Source: Anaerocolumna sp.
GTDB taxonomy: Bacteria > Bacillota > Clostridia > Lachnospirales > Lachnospiraceae
Assembly (NCBI GenBank): GCA_029239975.1
Contig: JARBTX010000002.1
Span: 2,482-66,481, forward strand
Length of the DNA stretch: 64,000 bases
Direction: 5' to 3'
Shown here: positions 9,451 to 19,293 of the stretch, piece by piece
Layout: each line of letters begins with the position of its first letter
Numbering within the stretch: the stretch's first letter is position 1
Position numbers and translations under genes: made by a program
The notes under the pieces: model-generated
Database searches by the model: none
What the model was told of the DNA's origin: nothing
What the model saw: the letters and a program-made list of their open reading frames with translations, nothing else

Positions 9451-11226
9451 TTAAATATTTTTAAATTGTGCCATATATAGATCGTAATAAAATCCTTTTT
9501 TCTCTATTAACTCTTTTGCAGTACCTTCTTCTTTAATACCACCATCGTCAATTACAAAAATACGATCTGCTTTTTGAATCGTAGATAAACGATGTGCTAT
9601 AACAAATGAAGTTCTCCCTTTTAATAATGCTTCAATCCCTTGTTGTACTAAAATTTCGGTATGTGTATCAATACTGGAGGTTGCTTCATCTAAAATAAGA
9701 ATTTTTGGACTAGATACCATAGTTCTAGCAAATGCAAGAAGTTGTCTTTGTCCTACAGATAATCCATTACCACGTTCTTTTAGTTCTGTATCATAACCTT
9801 TTTCTAACTTCATAATGAAATCATGTGCATTTACTGATTTTGCAGCAGCAATGATTTCATCATCTGTTGCGTCTAATTTTCCATACCTGATATTATCTTT
9901 TATGGTACCAGAGAATAAGAAATTATCTTGTGTCATAATACCCATTTGTTGTCTTAAACTTTCAATGGAAACATCTTTTACATTATAGTTATCAATAATA
10001 ATATTACCTTCACTTACATCATAAAAACGACTTATTAAATTAACAATAGTAGTTTTACCTGCACCAGTAGGTCCAACCAGTGCAATGGTTTCACCCGGCT
10101 TTACATGGAAACTAACATCATTTAAAACTTTTGTATCTTCATCATAAGCAAATGTTACGTGTTCAAAGTGTACATCACCTTTTATCTCAGGTAGCTCACT
10201 TACTTTGTCTGCATCTTTAATTTCTGGTTTTGTATCCATTATTTCAAAAATACGTTCTGCTCCAGTTACATTAGTAACTAATTGATTATAAAAGTTACTT
10301 AAATTCATAATTGGTCTCCAAAACATAGAAATATAAGTACCAAAAGCAATAAGAGTACCAACTGGAACGGTATTGTTACCAGCCATTTTAACACCTATAA
10401 AATAAAGTGATACCGTACCAAGTCCCCAACAAAAATCAATAACTGGTCCAAAGGCATCTGCAAAGTAAACAGCATTTACAAAGGATCCACGATGTTCTGA
10501 TAATAATATGTCAAAATCCTTCTCTGTTTCACTCTCAGCAGTAAAACTTTGAATAATACGCATTCCAGATAAATCTTCGTGTATAAAAGCATTTAAGTTG
10601 GAACTTTTCTTACGATGGATTTGCCATCTTACATGGGAATATATCTGGATTAACCACATTCCAGCAATTAAAAGTGGTAAACTAATCATTGCGGCAAAGG
10701 CAAGTTTATAATTTTTTATTACCATGATTCCTACAACCGCACAAATGGTAATAAAATCTGGGATTAATGTTGTTACACTGTTTGATAATACATCCTTTAA
10801 GGAATTAACATCACCTATAATACGAGCAAGAATTTTGCCCGTTGGGCGGCTGTCAAAAAAACTAAAGCTAAGTTTTTGTATATGTGTATATAATTCTTGT
10901 CGTACGGTTAATAATACGTTGTTTGATATCTTAGCCATGATATACATTCTAAGTTTAACTAATAGGATAAATATTAAGTTTAATCCAATTGCATAAATAC
11001 CTAATTTGACTAAACCATTCATATCACGATTAGCAATATAAACATCAATTGCTCGTTCCACTATTAATGGATTAATTAATGTGATTGTTACAGTACAAGT
11101 CATTATAATTAATACAAACAGGATTTCTTTTTTATAAGCTAATAAATAGCGAAAAAGCCGTAGTAGTGTTTTTATTTTACCGGTACTGACGGATTTTTCG
11201 TCATCACGGACTGCATTTACTGACAT
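9451..11226 (-). CDS. Heterodimeric multidrug-type ABC exporter, subunit 2
   Basis: GPTGAGKT, signature LSVGQRQ, LDEATS, AHRLST. Confidence 0.95.
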   Translation of the reverse strand: MSVNAVRDDEKSVSTGKIKTLLRLFRYLLAYKKEILFVLIIMTCTVTITLINPLIVERAIDVYIANRDMNGLVKLGIYAIGLNLIFILLVKLRMYIMAKISNNVLLTVRQELYTHIQKLSFSFFDSRPTGKILARIIGDVNSLKDVLSNSVTTLIPDFITICAVVGIMVIKNYKLAFAAMISLPLLIAGMWLIQIYSHVRWQIHRKKSSNLNAFIHEDLSGMRIIQSFTAESETEKDFDILLSEHRGSFVNAVYFADAFGPVIDFCWGLGTVSLYFIGVKMAGNNTVPVGTLIAFGTYISMFWRPIMNLSNFYNQLVTNVTGAERIFEIMDTKPEIKDADKVSELPEIKGDVHFEHVTFAYDEDTKVLNDVSFHVKPGETIALVGPTGAGKTTIVNLISRFYDVSEGNIIIDNYNVKDVSIESLRQQMGIMTQDNFLFSGTIKDNIRYGKLDATDDEIIAAAKSVNAHDFIMKLEKGYDTELKERGNGLSVGQRQLLAFARTMVSSPKILILDEATSSIDTHTEILVQQGIEALLKGRTSFVIAHRLSTIQKADRIFVIDDGGIKEEGTAKELIEKKGFYYDLYMAQFKNI

Positions 11227-12974
11227 TAAATAACCTCCTTTAGGGCAGGGGTAATACCTTCTAGGTAATTACCATATTGGGCCATATAAGTTTTATAATA
11301 TAACCCTTTTGCTTCTAGTAATTCTTCATGTGTACCTCGTTCTGCGATTTTACCTTCATCAAGAATTATAATTTCGTCTGCATTTCTTACAGCAGAAATT
11401 CTATGGGCAATTATTATTTTTGTTGTGTCTGTTAAATCATTTAATGACTTTTGAATCATATGCTCTGTTTCCATATCAAGAGCTGAGGTAGAATCATCTA
11501 AAATTAAAATAGGTGTTTTCTTTGCAAGGGCTCTTGCTATACTGATTCTTTGTTTTTGTCCACCAGATAAACCAACTCCACGTTCACCGATTACGGTTTC
11601 ATATTGTTTATCCATACGTTCAATAAAGTCTTTAGCCTGGGCATTTGCTACTGCATGAAGTATTTCATTTTCACCAATTTCATCTTTTTTACCTAATTTT
11701 ATGTTTTCACTAACGGTATCCGAGAATAGAAATACATCTTGCATTACTTGTGATATATTAGAACGTAACTCTTTTAGTGTCAGGTCTTTTATATCTACAC
11801 CATCTAATTTAATGGAACCTTCATCTACATCATAAAATCTTTGTAATAAATTAATGATAGAAGACTTACCAGAACCAGTTTCTCCCATAATACCAATTGT
11901 TTTACCAGATTTTAAATTAAAACTGATATTATTAAGTATTTGCTTATCACCTTGTTTAAAGGTTACATGATCAAATTCAATAGTACCTTTTACATCTTTA
12001 AGAATAATTGGGTCCGCTTTTTCTTGTATAACTGGTACTTCTTCATAAATTTTCTTGATTTTTTTACTAGAAGCAAAAGCGGATGCTAAATCATTACTTA
12101 ACCAACCGATCATTTCCATAGGCCATACAATGTTATTGGAATATTCAACAAAGGCACCTAAAGTACCAAGTGAAATTTCATTTTTAATTACCATAGAACC
12201 GCCTATAATGATAACTAAAACGGGAAGTAATCTTGTGATAAATTGAAAGTATGGATTGTATTTGACGAATACCTTAGACTGCTTCATGTTCAATTCATAA
12301 TAACGCTTATTATGTGATAAGAACTTAGATATTTCAAATTTTTCTCTAGCAAAAGCCTTAACAGTTCTTACACCTGCTAAGTTTTCTTGAGCTACCGTAT
12401 TTAAGACTGCATTCTCTTCGCTTATATCTTCATATACATTACCTAAACTTTTTTCCATAAAGATAGCAATGAGTGCAACAATAGGCATTGCGACTAATGG
12501 TAAGATTGTTAATTTAGGACTTAACTTAACCATACAATAGATAACGATGGATGTATGAATGATAACTTCAATTACAAGCATTCCTACAAATCCCATTGCT
12601 CCCCATATTTTATCGACATCATCTTTTACACGTGACATTAATTCACCAGTGTTTGTTTTATCAAAAAATTGAATGCTTAAACTTTGAATATGGCCAAATA
12701 AGTTGCGTCTGATATCGCTAGCGATCTTAGAACTTACCTTATCAAAAGTTAGCTCCTTTAAATATTGGAAGATACATCTTCCTACTCCAATTATTAATAT
12801 ACCAATTAATAATTTGGTTAAGATATTCATATTTCCACCGATGATAACATCGTCGATAATACGTTTTGTTATCTGAGGTGATAACATATCTAAGGAAATA
12901 CTGATCACCATGCATATAAGAGCAAAGGCATATGCATACCAGTATCTGCGAATATAACTTGATATTTTTTTCAT
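11226..12974 (-). CDS. Heterodimeric multidrug-type ABC exporter, subunit 1 (degenerate Walker B)
   Basis: GETGSGKS, LSGGQKQR, LILDDSTS (D in place of catalytic E); stop overlaps the next start. Confidence 0.95.
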   Translation of the reverse strand: MKKISSYIRRYWYAYAFALICMVISISLDMLSPQITKRIIDDVIIGGNMNILTKLLIGILIIGVGRCIFQYLKELTFDKVSSKIASDIRRNLFGHIQSLSIQFFDKTNTGELMSRVKDDVDKIWGAMGFVGMLVIEVIIHTSIVIYCMVKLSPKLTILPLVAMPIVALIAIFMEKSLGNVYEDISEENAVLNTVAQENLAGVRTVKAFAREKFEISKFLSHNKRYYELNMKQSKVFVKYNPYFQFITRLLPVLVIIIGGSMVIKNEISLGTLGAFVEYSNNIVWPMEMIGWLSNDLASAFASSKKIKKIYEEVPVIQEKADPIILKDVKGTIEFDHVTFKQGDKQILNNISFNLKSGKTIGIMGETGSGKSSIINLLQRFYDVDEGSIKLDGVDIKDLTLKELRSNISQVMQDVFLFSDTVSENIKLGKKDEIGENEILHAVANAQAKDFIERMDKQYETVIGERGVGLSGGQKQRISIARALAKKTPILILDDSTSALDMETEHMIQKSLNDLTDTTKIIIAHRISAVRNADEIIILDEGKIAERGTHEELLEAKGLYYKTYMAQYGNYLEGITPALKEVI

Positions 12975-13070
12975 AAAGAACCTCCTGAATCCCTCTGGTA
13001 ACTCCCCTGTAGAATTACCTAAAAATACGTTTCATTGTTACCCTTTTATTAAATTTCGCCGTTTTTGGGC

Positions 13071-13100
13071 AAAAAATAAGCCGTGGTAAGATACCACGGC
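13071..13100 (-). terminator. Intrinsic terminator in the 5' leader of the ABC exporter operon (attenuator)
   Basis: Minus strand gccgtggta-tct-taccacggc followed by ttatttttt. Confidence 0.85.
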
Positions 13101-13166
13101 AATAAAAGCTAATCTAATATAAATAACTATCCATAAATATTCTAATCTATTATGGCATAAAGTTAC

Positions 13167-13253
13167 TTATAAAGTTAAACCTAAAGCAGAGGTAATCTTA
13201 CATAATGGTCTGTTGCTAGTTAAATTGCCTGTAAATCTAAATTTAAACATCAT
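13167..13253 (-). CDS. Putative 28-aa leader peptide MMFKFRFTGNLTSNRPLCKITSALGLTL
   Basis: RBS gaaagagaggt 6 nt before ATG; lies between a consensus promoter and the leader terminator; not in the ORF track. Confidence 0.65.
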   Translation of the reverse strand: MMFKFRFTGNLTSNRPLCKITSALGLTL

Positions 13254-13287
13254 GATTTTACCTCTCTTTCTTTTATAGTCTTTTCAC

Positions 13288-13315
13288 ATTATAACACATT
13301 AGTAAATATTGTCAA
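13288..13315 (-). promoter_or_regulatory. Consensus sigmaA promoter with extended -10
   Basis: Minus strand TTGACA(13315-13310)-16-TATAAT(13293-13288), TGn before the -10. Confidence 0.8.
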
Positions 13316-13520
13316 CCAAAATTTATTAAAATAAATAAATTTTTTCCAATATTAAATAATCATTAATATTTCATTAACTTTATGATTATTCAAAAATTGT
13401 TCATAAATTTGTGTTATAATAAATCGAAATAAGATGTTACGAATTAAGAAAATACAAAAAAACTTAATGGGGTTACATGATACGAACAGGGGTGTTCCTT
13501 ATTTCTTAAGGAGGATAACA

Positions 13521-14552
13521 ATGGATTTACCTATGTTTTATAATGAAGAAGATGAGTGGAAAAAAGTCATGCTGATGTATGATTCAGCTTTAAAAGAAGT
13601 ATATACAAAAATAGAAATATTAAACAATGAATTTAAATTGAATCATCAATACAATCCAATAGAACATATTACTTCTAGACTAAAATCACCACAAAGTATA
13701 GCAAAAAAAATACGTCATAATGGTAGAGAGCTCACAGTTGAAAATATAGTAAAATATATAAATGACGTAGCAGGTATACGTATTATTTGTTCATTTACTT
13801 CAGATATTTATAGGATAGCAGATCTAATTGCAAAACAAAGTGATGTTCAAGTATTAAAAGTGAAAGATTATATAACATGTCCGAAACCAAATGGATATAC
13901 AAGTTATCATATGATAGTATCTGTTCCAATTTTCTTGTCCAATCGAATGGTTAATACTAAGGTCGAAATTCAAATCCGTACCATTGCGATGGATTTTTGG
14001 GCAAGTTTGGAACATAAAATATATTACAAATTTGAAGGTAATGCTCCTGAGAGGATTCGTAAAGAGTTAAAAGAATGTGCTGATGTGGTTGCCTTTTTAG
14101 ATCATAAAATGTTAACATTAAATGAAGAGATAAGAACTTATTCTCATGAAGATGAATTGCAACAATATAAGGAAATATTATCAGAGAGTTTTCAAAATAT
14201 GATAAAAGACTCCTATGGAACTGTGGTGGATGATGATAATCAAGTAGAGAATGAACAAATACTAAATGATAACATGAATCAACCGGTGGAAGATAAGAAA
14301 AACGATTCTACAACAGATAACTTAGAAGAGAATTTTCAAAGAAATATTGATAATATAATTAATAAATCGACTATACAAACTAAAAATGATAATAGCCAGA
14401 CCGAAAAAGAAGGACATGCAATTTACGAGGCAGAAGAACAGGCTGCAATAGGAAAAGAAAAAGCCTCTAAAGAAACAGAAAAAGAAAATAAAACAAAAAA
14501 GAATGATAAGAAATCAGAAGGAAGACATATTAAATTCTTCGGATTTCGTTAA
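13521..14552 (+). CDS. Small alarmone synthetase (RelP/RelQ-like GTP pyrophosphokinase) with long charged C-terminal tail
   Basis: SRLKS, DVAGIRII, NGYTSYH, EIQIRTIAMDFWASLEH; start moved to 13521 because of RBS aaggagg. Confidence 0.92.
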   Translation: MDLPMFYNEEDEWKKVMLMYDSALKEVYTKIEILNNEFKLNHQYNPIEHITSRLKSPQSIAKKIRHNGRELTVENIVKYINDVAGIRIICSFTSDIYRIADLIAKQSDVQVLKVKDYITCPKPNGYTSYHMIVSVPIFLSNRMVNTKVEIQIRTIAMDFWASLEHKIYYKFEGNAPERIRKELKECADVVAFLDHKMLTLNEEIRTYSHEDELQQYKEILSESFQNMIKDSYGTVVDDDNQVENEQILNDNMNQPVEDKKNDSTTDNLEENFQRNIDNIINKSTIQTKNDNSQTEKEGHAIYEAEEQAAIGKEKASKETEKENKTKKNDKKSEGRHIKFFGFR

Positions 14553-14635
14553 TAAAAAACTCAATATCACAATAGTATAATTTTAAAAACATAAAATATG
14601 AAATAATGTTACGTGTATATAATTAGAAAAGGTAT

Positions 14636-14695
14636 AAATAAGAGTGCATATCTATTCAAAAGGTGAAACCAGATGAATAGAATGCACTCTTATTT
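14636..14695. repeat. Long hairpin, short member of repeat family B; probably also a bidirectional terminator
   Basis: aaataagagtgcat-a-tctattca / tgaataga-atgcactcttattt; similar to 30379-30486. Confidence 0.7.
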
Positions 14696-14734
14696 TATTA
14701 TAGCAGGAAGATTTATAATTCCTTATCAGTATTG

Positions 14735-15730
14735 TTATAATTTTATGTTTTTAAGTAAAGCTGCAAGTCCAGTTGCTGCAGAATCACCAGATGAATATTC
14801 GTTTGGTACATCTTCAACTGACTCTACAACTTCCATCTCTTCGCTAACAGCTTTCATACTAAGACTTATTTTACCTTCTTTTACTTCTAAAATTTTAACA
14901 GTTACTTCTTGTCCTTCTTTAATTACTTCATTTGGGGATTTAATGCGTTTACCACAGATTTGTGATATGTGTACAAGTCCGGATAAACCTTCACCAATAT
15001 TAACAAAAGCACCAAATGGAGCTATTTTTTCAACTATACCAGTAGTTACTAATCCTACTTGAAGTCTAGAAATTTTACTGTTTTTATCTTTGACAGCTTG
15101 ATCTTTTTCTACTTCTTTTGCAGATAAAACAAGCTTTGCATTCTCTTCATCTATTGTTATTACAATTACAGAGATTTCTTTGTTTACCCAAGAGCTTAGG
15201 TCTTCAACATAAGTTAATGACAATTGAGAAGCAGGTATAAAAGCTCGAATACCCTCTAAATACGTAACAACTCCACCGTTTACGGCTTGAGCTATTTTAA
15301 CACGTAGTATAGTTCTTTTATTCATGTATTCTTTTAGTGTTTCCCAAGATAAGATATTATCTGCTTTACGTTTTGACAATAAAATATTGCCTTCACCATC
15401 GTCTTCTTTGATTACAATGGCTTGTACTTCATCACCAGTTTTAATATCCGCTTTGATTGAAAATCTTGGATCATTACTTAATTCCTCTAAAGTGATAATA
15501 CCTTCTGTATAATAACCAAGATCAACGATAACTTCAGTCTCAGTTACACCAATAACTTGACCTTTTACCAATTCACCCTCTTCGATTTTTTTCAGAGATT
15601 TGGTAATTTGATCTTCAAATTCAGACATAGATGGAATTATTTCAGGAATTACGGTTGTTTCGTTTGTAGTAGTTGATTCTTCTGTGATGTTTTCATTTGT
15701 TGTAATAAATTCATTTTCTTTTTCTGACAT
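14735..15730 (-). CDS. S1 RNA-binding domain protein (three S1 domains, RpsA-like)
   Basis: Repeated S1 motifs: AFIPASQLS, FGAFVNIGEGLSGLVHISQI. Confidence 0.9.
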   Translation of the reverse strand: MSEKENEFITTNENITEESTTTNETTVIPEIIPSMSEFEDQITKSLKKIEEGELVKGQVIGVTETEVIVDLGYYTEGIITLEELSNDPRFSIKADIKTGDEVQAIVIKEDDGEGNILLSKRKADNILSWETLKEYMNKRTILRVKIAQAVNGGVVTYLEGIRAFIPASQLSLTYVEDLSSWVNKEISVIVITIDEENAKLVLSAKEVEKDQAVKDKNSKISRLQVGLVTTGIVEKIAPFGAFVNIGEGLSGLVHISQICGKRIKSPNEVIKEGQEVTVKILEVKEGKISLSMKAVSEEMEVVESVEDVPNEYSSGDSAATGLAALLKNIKL

Positions 15731-16141
15731 ATATACTCCAATCTGTGCTTAGTATAGGGGTGTAGAGTTATACCTAATTGCACGTATTACATAAGTTAGT
15801 TTAACTAACATGTAATGTTTTAGAAAGATTTTATTTTCATTATATCATAGGAAAGAAATCTTATTCAAGGGTTGATCGTTAAGGAATAAAGAAATGTATG
15901 ATTATGCCATTTTGTCCAGTAATTTTGCTAAAATAATAACAATTGTACATGTTAAAATAATCAATTTGCTATAGAATTGCATGTATGGTACAATATTAGT
16001 ACAGACTCTAAATAGATTTCGATGATATAATATAAAGATAAAATGAGAGAAACACAAAATGACAATTATTAGTAAAAATGTACCTAATGATATGCGTTTG
16101 AATGAATATAAAGGATATTTTATGAAAGGATTTATAAATAA

Positions 16142-16996
16142 ATGATGGATAATAAAAATAGGTTTCAAGAAATGTTATCAGATATACTAGAAGTAGCTAG
16201 AGTACAAGGTAACAATTTATCTATGGATGAAATAAAGAAATTATTTGGTGATATGGATTTGAGTGATGCGCAATATGAACATATTTTTGCGTATCTTGCT
16301 GCAAACCAAATAAAAATTAGTGGTTATGTAGAAGCAACATCGGATCATGTAAAGAAGTTACAACAGGAATATAAAATCAATGATGTAATAGATGAAATTG
16401 AAACCCAAATGGAAACTTTAGATAGTCAAGAAGAAATTAAAGTACAAAAAGAGGAAGATTCCGCTTATTTAAAGATGTATTTAGAAGATTTAGATGCAAT
16501 CAAGCCAGGAACAAGGGAAGAAGAAATTCATCTTATTGATAAAATAAATAATGGTGATGATATAGCCAAGAATCGACTTATTGAAATGAATTTAAGATAT
16601 GTAGTAGAGCTTGCTGCGAATTATAAAAACCAAGGCCTTACCCTTGAGGACTTAATACAAGAAGGTAATATTGGATTAATGAGCGCAATCGAACAACTAG
16701 AAGAGTTACCTTCAAAAGAAAACTTACGAGATTTTATAAGAAACTATGTAAATGAATTTATTGAAAATGCATTAAGAGAACAAAAAGATAGCATTGATTT
16801 TGAGAAAAAAATGCTCCAAAGAATGAAGTATTTAAATGATGCAGCAAACGAATTAGCAGAAGATTTAGGAAGAGAAGCTACTGTTCATGAATTATCAGAG
16901 TATACTAAAATCTCAGAAGCTGAAATTATGGATGTATTAAATATATCAGTAGATTCCATAAAGGTTGAACATCATCATAAGCATGAAAAAAATTAA
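16142..16996 (+). CDS. Truncated sigma70/RpoD-like protein (regions 1.1-3, no region 4)
   Basis: YLKMYLEDL, NLRYVVELA, DLIQEGNIGLM, LGREATVHELS. Confidence 0.85.
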   Translation: MMDNKNRFQEMLSDILEVARVQGNNLSMDEIKKLFGDMDLSDAQYEHIFAYLAANQIKISGYVEATSDHVKKLQQEYKINDVIDEIETQMETLDSQEEIKVQKEEDSAYLKMYLEDLDAIKPGTREEEIHLIDKINNGDDIAKNRLIEMNLRYVVELAANYKNQGLTLEDLIQEGNIGLMSAIEQLEELPSKENLRDFIRNYVNEFIENALREQKDSIDFEKKMLQRMKYLNDAANELAEDLGREATVHELSEYTKISEAEIMDVLNISVDSIKVEHHHKHEKN

Positions 16997-17088
16997 ATGG
17001 TAAGTGTTAAATTTAAATAGCTTGAATGATACTTTAAACTTATAAATAAGAAGATTGTAATAAATAATGGAATAAAGTCACTACTAAC

Positions 17089-18321
17089 ATGGAAATCAAA
17101 ATATTAGAATTGAGGAATGAAACCATGGACCGCAATATAGACGTATTATTCAATGAAGGCAATGAAGTCAAAGAAAAAAAGTGGCATATGGTATTCAAAT
17201 TAAAACGTATCTTTTTGCTGCTTCTCATTCCAATTTCATTATTTATTTTATGGATTTGTAAAAATAATTCAGATATTGCAGAATATATATTTGCAAGAGG
17301 AGTAATTAGGTGGATTACACAAGCAATTAGTTTAGTAGTAGGTATTATTCCATATTCATTAATGGAACTAGAAATTATTGCAGTTCCTATCATTATAGTG
17401 ATATTCCTAGCAAGATTCATTATTAAAATAATAAGCAAAATCAAAAATAAAAAAGAACTAGACTATGTTATTTTAAAAGAAGTCATGAATGCAGCATGCA
17501 CAATCAGCATTCTTTTATTTATATATGTAATATTTGCTGGAGTTAATTATTACAGATATCCTTTTTCAGCTATTAGTGATTTAACCATTGAAGATTCTTC
17601 GGTAGAAGATTTATATTATCTCAATCTAAGCCTTGCTAACAAAGCAGCAGATTTAAGAGAAAAGTTGCATCTTAATGATGGAACGGAAGATGAGTTTGGA
17701 GTTCTTCAGTTAGATAGCATGAACTGGAAGGAGTTATCAAATACAGCAGCCAATGCCTTTGATAAATTATCCTTAGAATACCCTGTATTTAAAGGAACTT
17801 ATGGAGCTCCCAAACCAGTATTATTCTCAAAATTTATGTCACGAATGGAGATAACGGGAATATTCTGGCCGTTTTCCTTAGAAGCAAATGTGAATGTAGA
17901 AGCAGCTCCATATTCAATCCCAGCAACTATGAGCCATGAGCTAGCACACTTACATGGATTTATGAGAGAAGATGAAGCAAACTTCATAGCATACCTAGCT
18001 TGTTTGCAATCAGATAATTTAGAATTCCAGTATAGTGGTGTAATGTTAGCATTATCCTATGCAAGCAATCAATTATATAAAGAAAGCCCTGAATTATATA
18101 GAAAAGTTCAATTAAATTATAATGAAGGTATGTTTGCAGATCTACGTGATGAGTATTTTTACTGGAAGCAATTCGAAGACACAGTAATTAGTGCAGTATC
18201 AACAACCATGAATGACAATTATCTGAAAGCCAACAATCAATCGGATGGTGTAAAAAGTTATGGACGTATGGTTGATTTATTACTAGCAGAATATAAGAAA
18301 ACACAAAATAATGTTAATTAG
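17089..18321 (+). CDS. DUF3810-like membrane zincin metallopeptidase (start uncertain)
   Basis: N-terminal TM helices, NYYR, HELAHLHGFMREDEANF. Confidence 0.8.
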   Translation: MEIKILELRNETMDRNIDVLFNEGNEVKEKKWHMVFKLKRIFLLLLIPISLFILWICKNNSDIAEYIFARGVIRWITQAISLVVGIIPYSLMELEIIAVPIIIVIFLARFIIKIISKIKNKKELDYVILKEVMNAACTISILLFIYVIFAGVNYYRYPFSAISDLTIEDSSVEDLYYLNLSLANKAADLREKLHLNDGTEDEFGVLQLDSMNWKELSNTAANAFDKLSLEYPVFKGTYGAPKPVLFSKFMSRMEITGIFWPFSLEANVNVEAAPYSIPATMSHELAHLHGFMREDEANFIAYLACLQSDNLEFQYSGVMLALSYASNQLYKESPELYRKVQLNYNEGMFADLRDEYFYWKQFEDTVISAVSTTMNDNYLKANNQSDGVKSYGRMVDLLLAEYKKTQNNVN

Positions 18322-18370
18322 TATGAATGATTCGGGTGAACCAATCATGTAATATAATAAAAAGTAAAGC

Positions 18371-19102
18371 CTATCTACTATAAAGATAGGCTTTACTTTT
18401 TTTCCCGATTCTTTTAACTGCTCCAACATGAAATAGTATATTTAAAGCAGTGGTAGCATTGGTGGTTGATAAGCCAGAAACTTTTTTAAAATCTTTCGTT
18501 GTGAATTCATCTGGCAAATCTTGTGGAATTAATTTAGAATAATCCGATAAATTGTGGATAAAAACTTCATTCACTAATGCAATTGGTATACGATCACACC
18601 TTGTAGAACCCTTTTTTTTATCTTTGCTCCAACCATCTAAAAAGCGATACTCTTCTAAATCCATAAGAATTATGTGTAGTTTTAAATTAGGATCAAGAAG
18701 GTAATTTTTGATTTTATAAAGTTCAGGAAAAATAATATATGGCGTACCACACTTTGGTGATTTTCTAGGTGCACTAATTTCACCAGTTTCTTCATTTACC
18801 CATCTTAAATATTTTCTATAGGGTATGGGATATACGATTGTAACTGGATTAATTTGTAAAAAACTTTCTAATTTTCTTCGTAATTTATCAAAGCTTCTTG
18901 TTTGAATTTCCATTATTCCTTCTTCACAGACAATATCAGCATAAAAACTACCTATCTTTATTTCATGGCAAGTGGTATCTGGAACTAGATAGTTTTTTAA
19001 AACAGCATGTACTGTTTTTTCACTTAATGTCCCGATTCCATTACCTTCTTTTACATTATCTATCACTTTTTCACAAGCAGACAAAAATAAATTTTGATCC
19101 AT
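18371..19102 (-). CDS. Putative PD-(D/E)XK-fold nuclease-like protein with C-terminal HTH-like region
   Basis: E..VH...K, HE....FYADI......EIQT pattern. Confidence 0.55.
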   Translation of the reverse strand: MDQNLFLSACEKVIDNVKEGNGIGTLSEKTVHAVLKNYLVPDTTCHEIKIGSFYADIVCEEGIMEIQTRSFDKLRRKLESFLQINPVTIVYPIPYRKYLRWVNEETGEISAPRKSPKCGTPYIIFPELYKIKNYLLDPNLKLHIILMDLEEYRFLDGWSKDKKKGSTRCDRIPIALVNEVFIHNLSDYSKLIPQDLPDEFTTKDFKKVSGLSTTNATTALNILFHVGAVKRIGKKSKAYLYSR

Positions 19103-19293
19103 AAGTATCTCCTATCTAATGTCTGATAATACTAATGCTAATACAACAGAATTTAATTTATTATGATTAGCATATAGCAGTAAAAGCCCTGAGTCAAGAA
19201 AAAGGTATTGGTATGGAATTATCTATTGTTATGTTCTTCCATATAAGCTATAATACCATTAATCTGATAATAAAAAAGTAGGAGCCTAATAGT

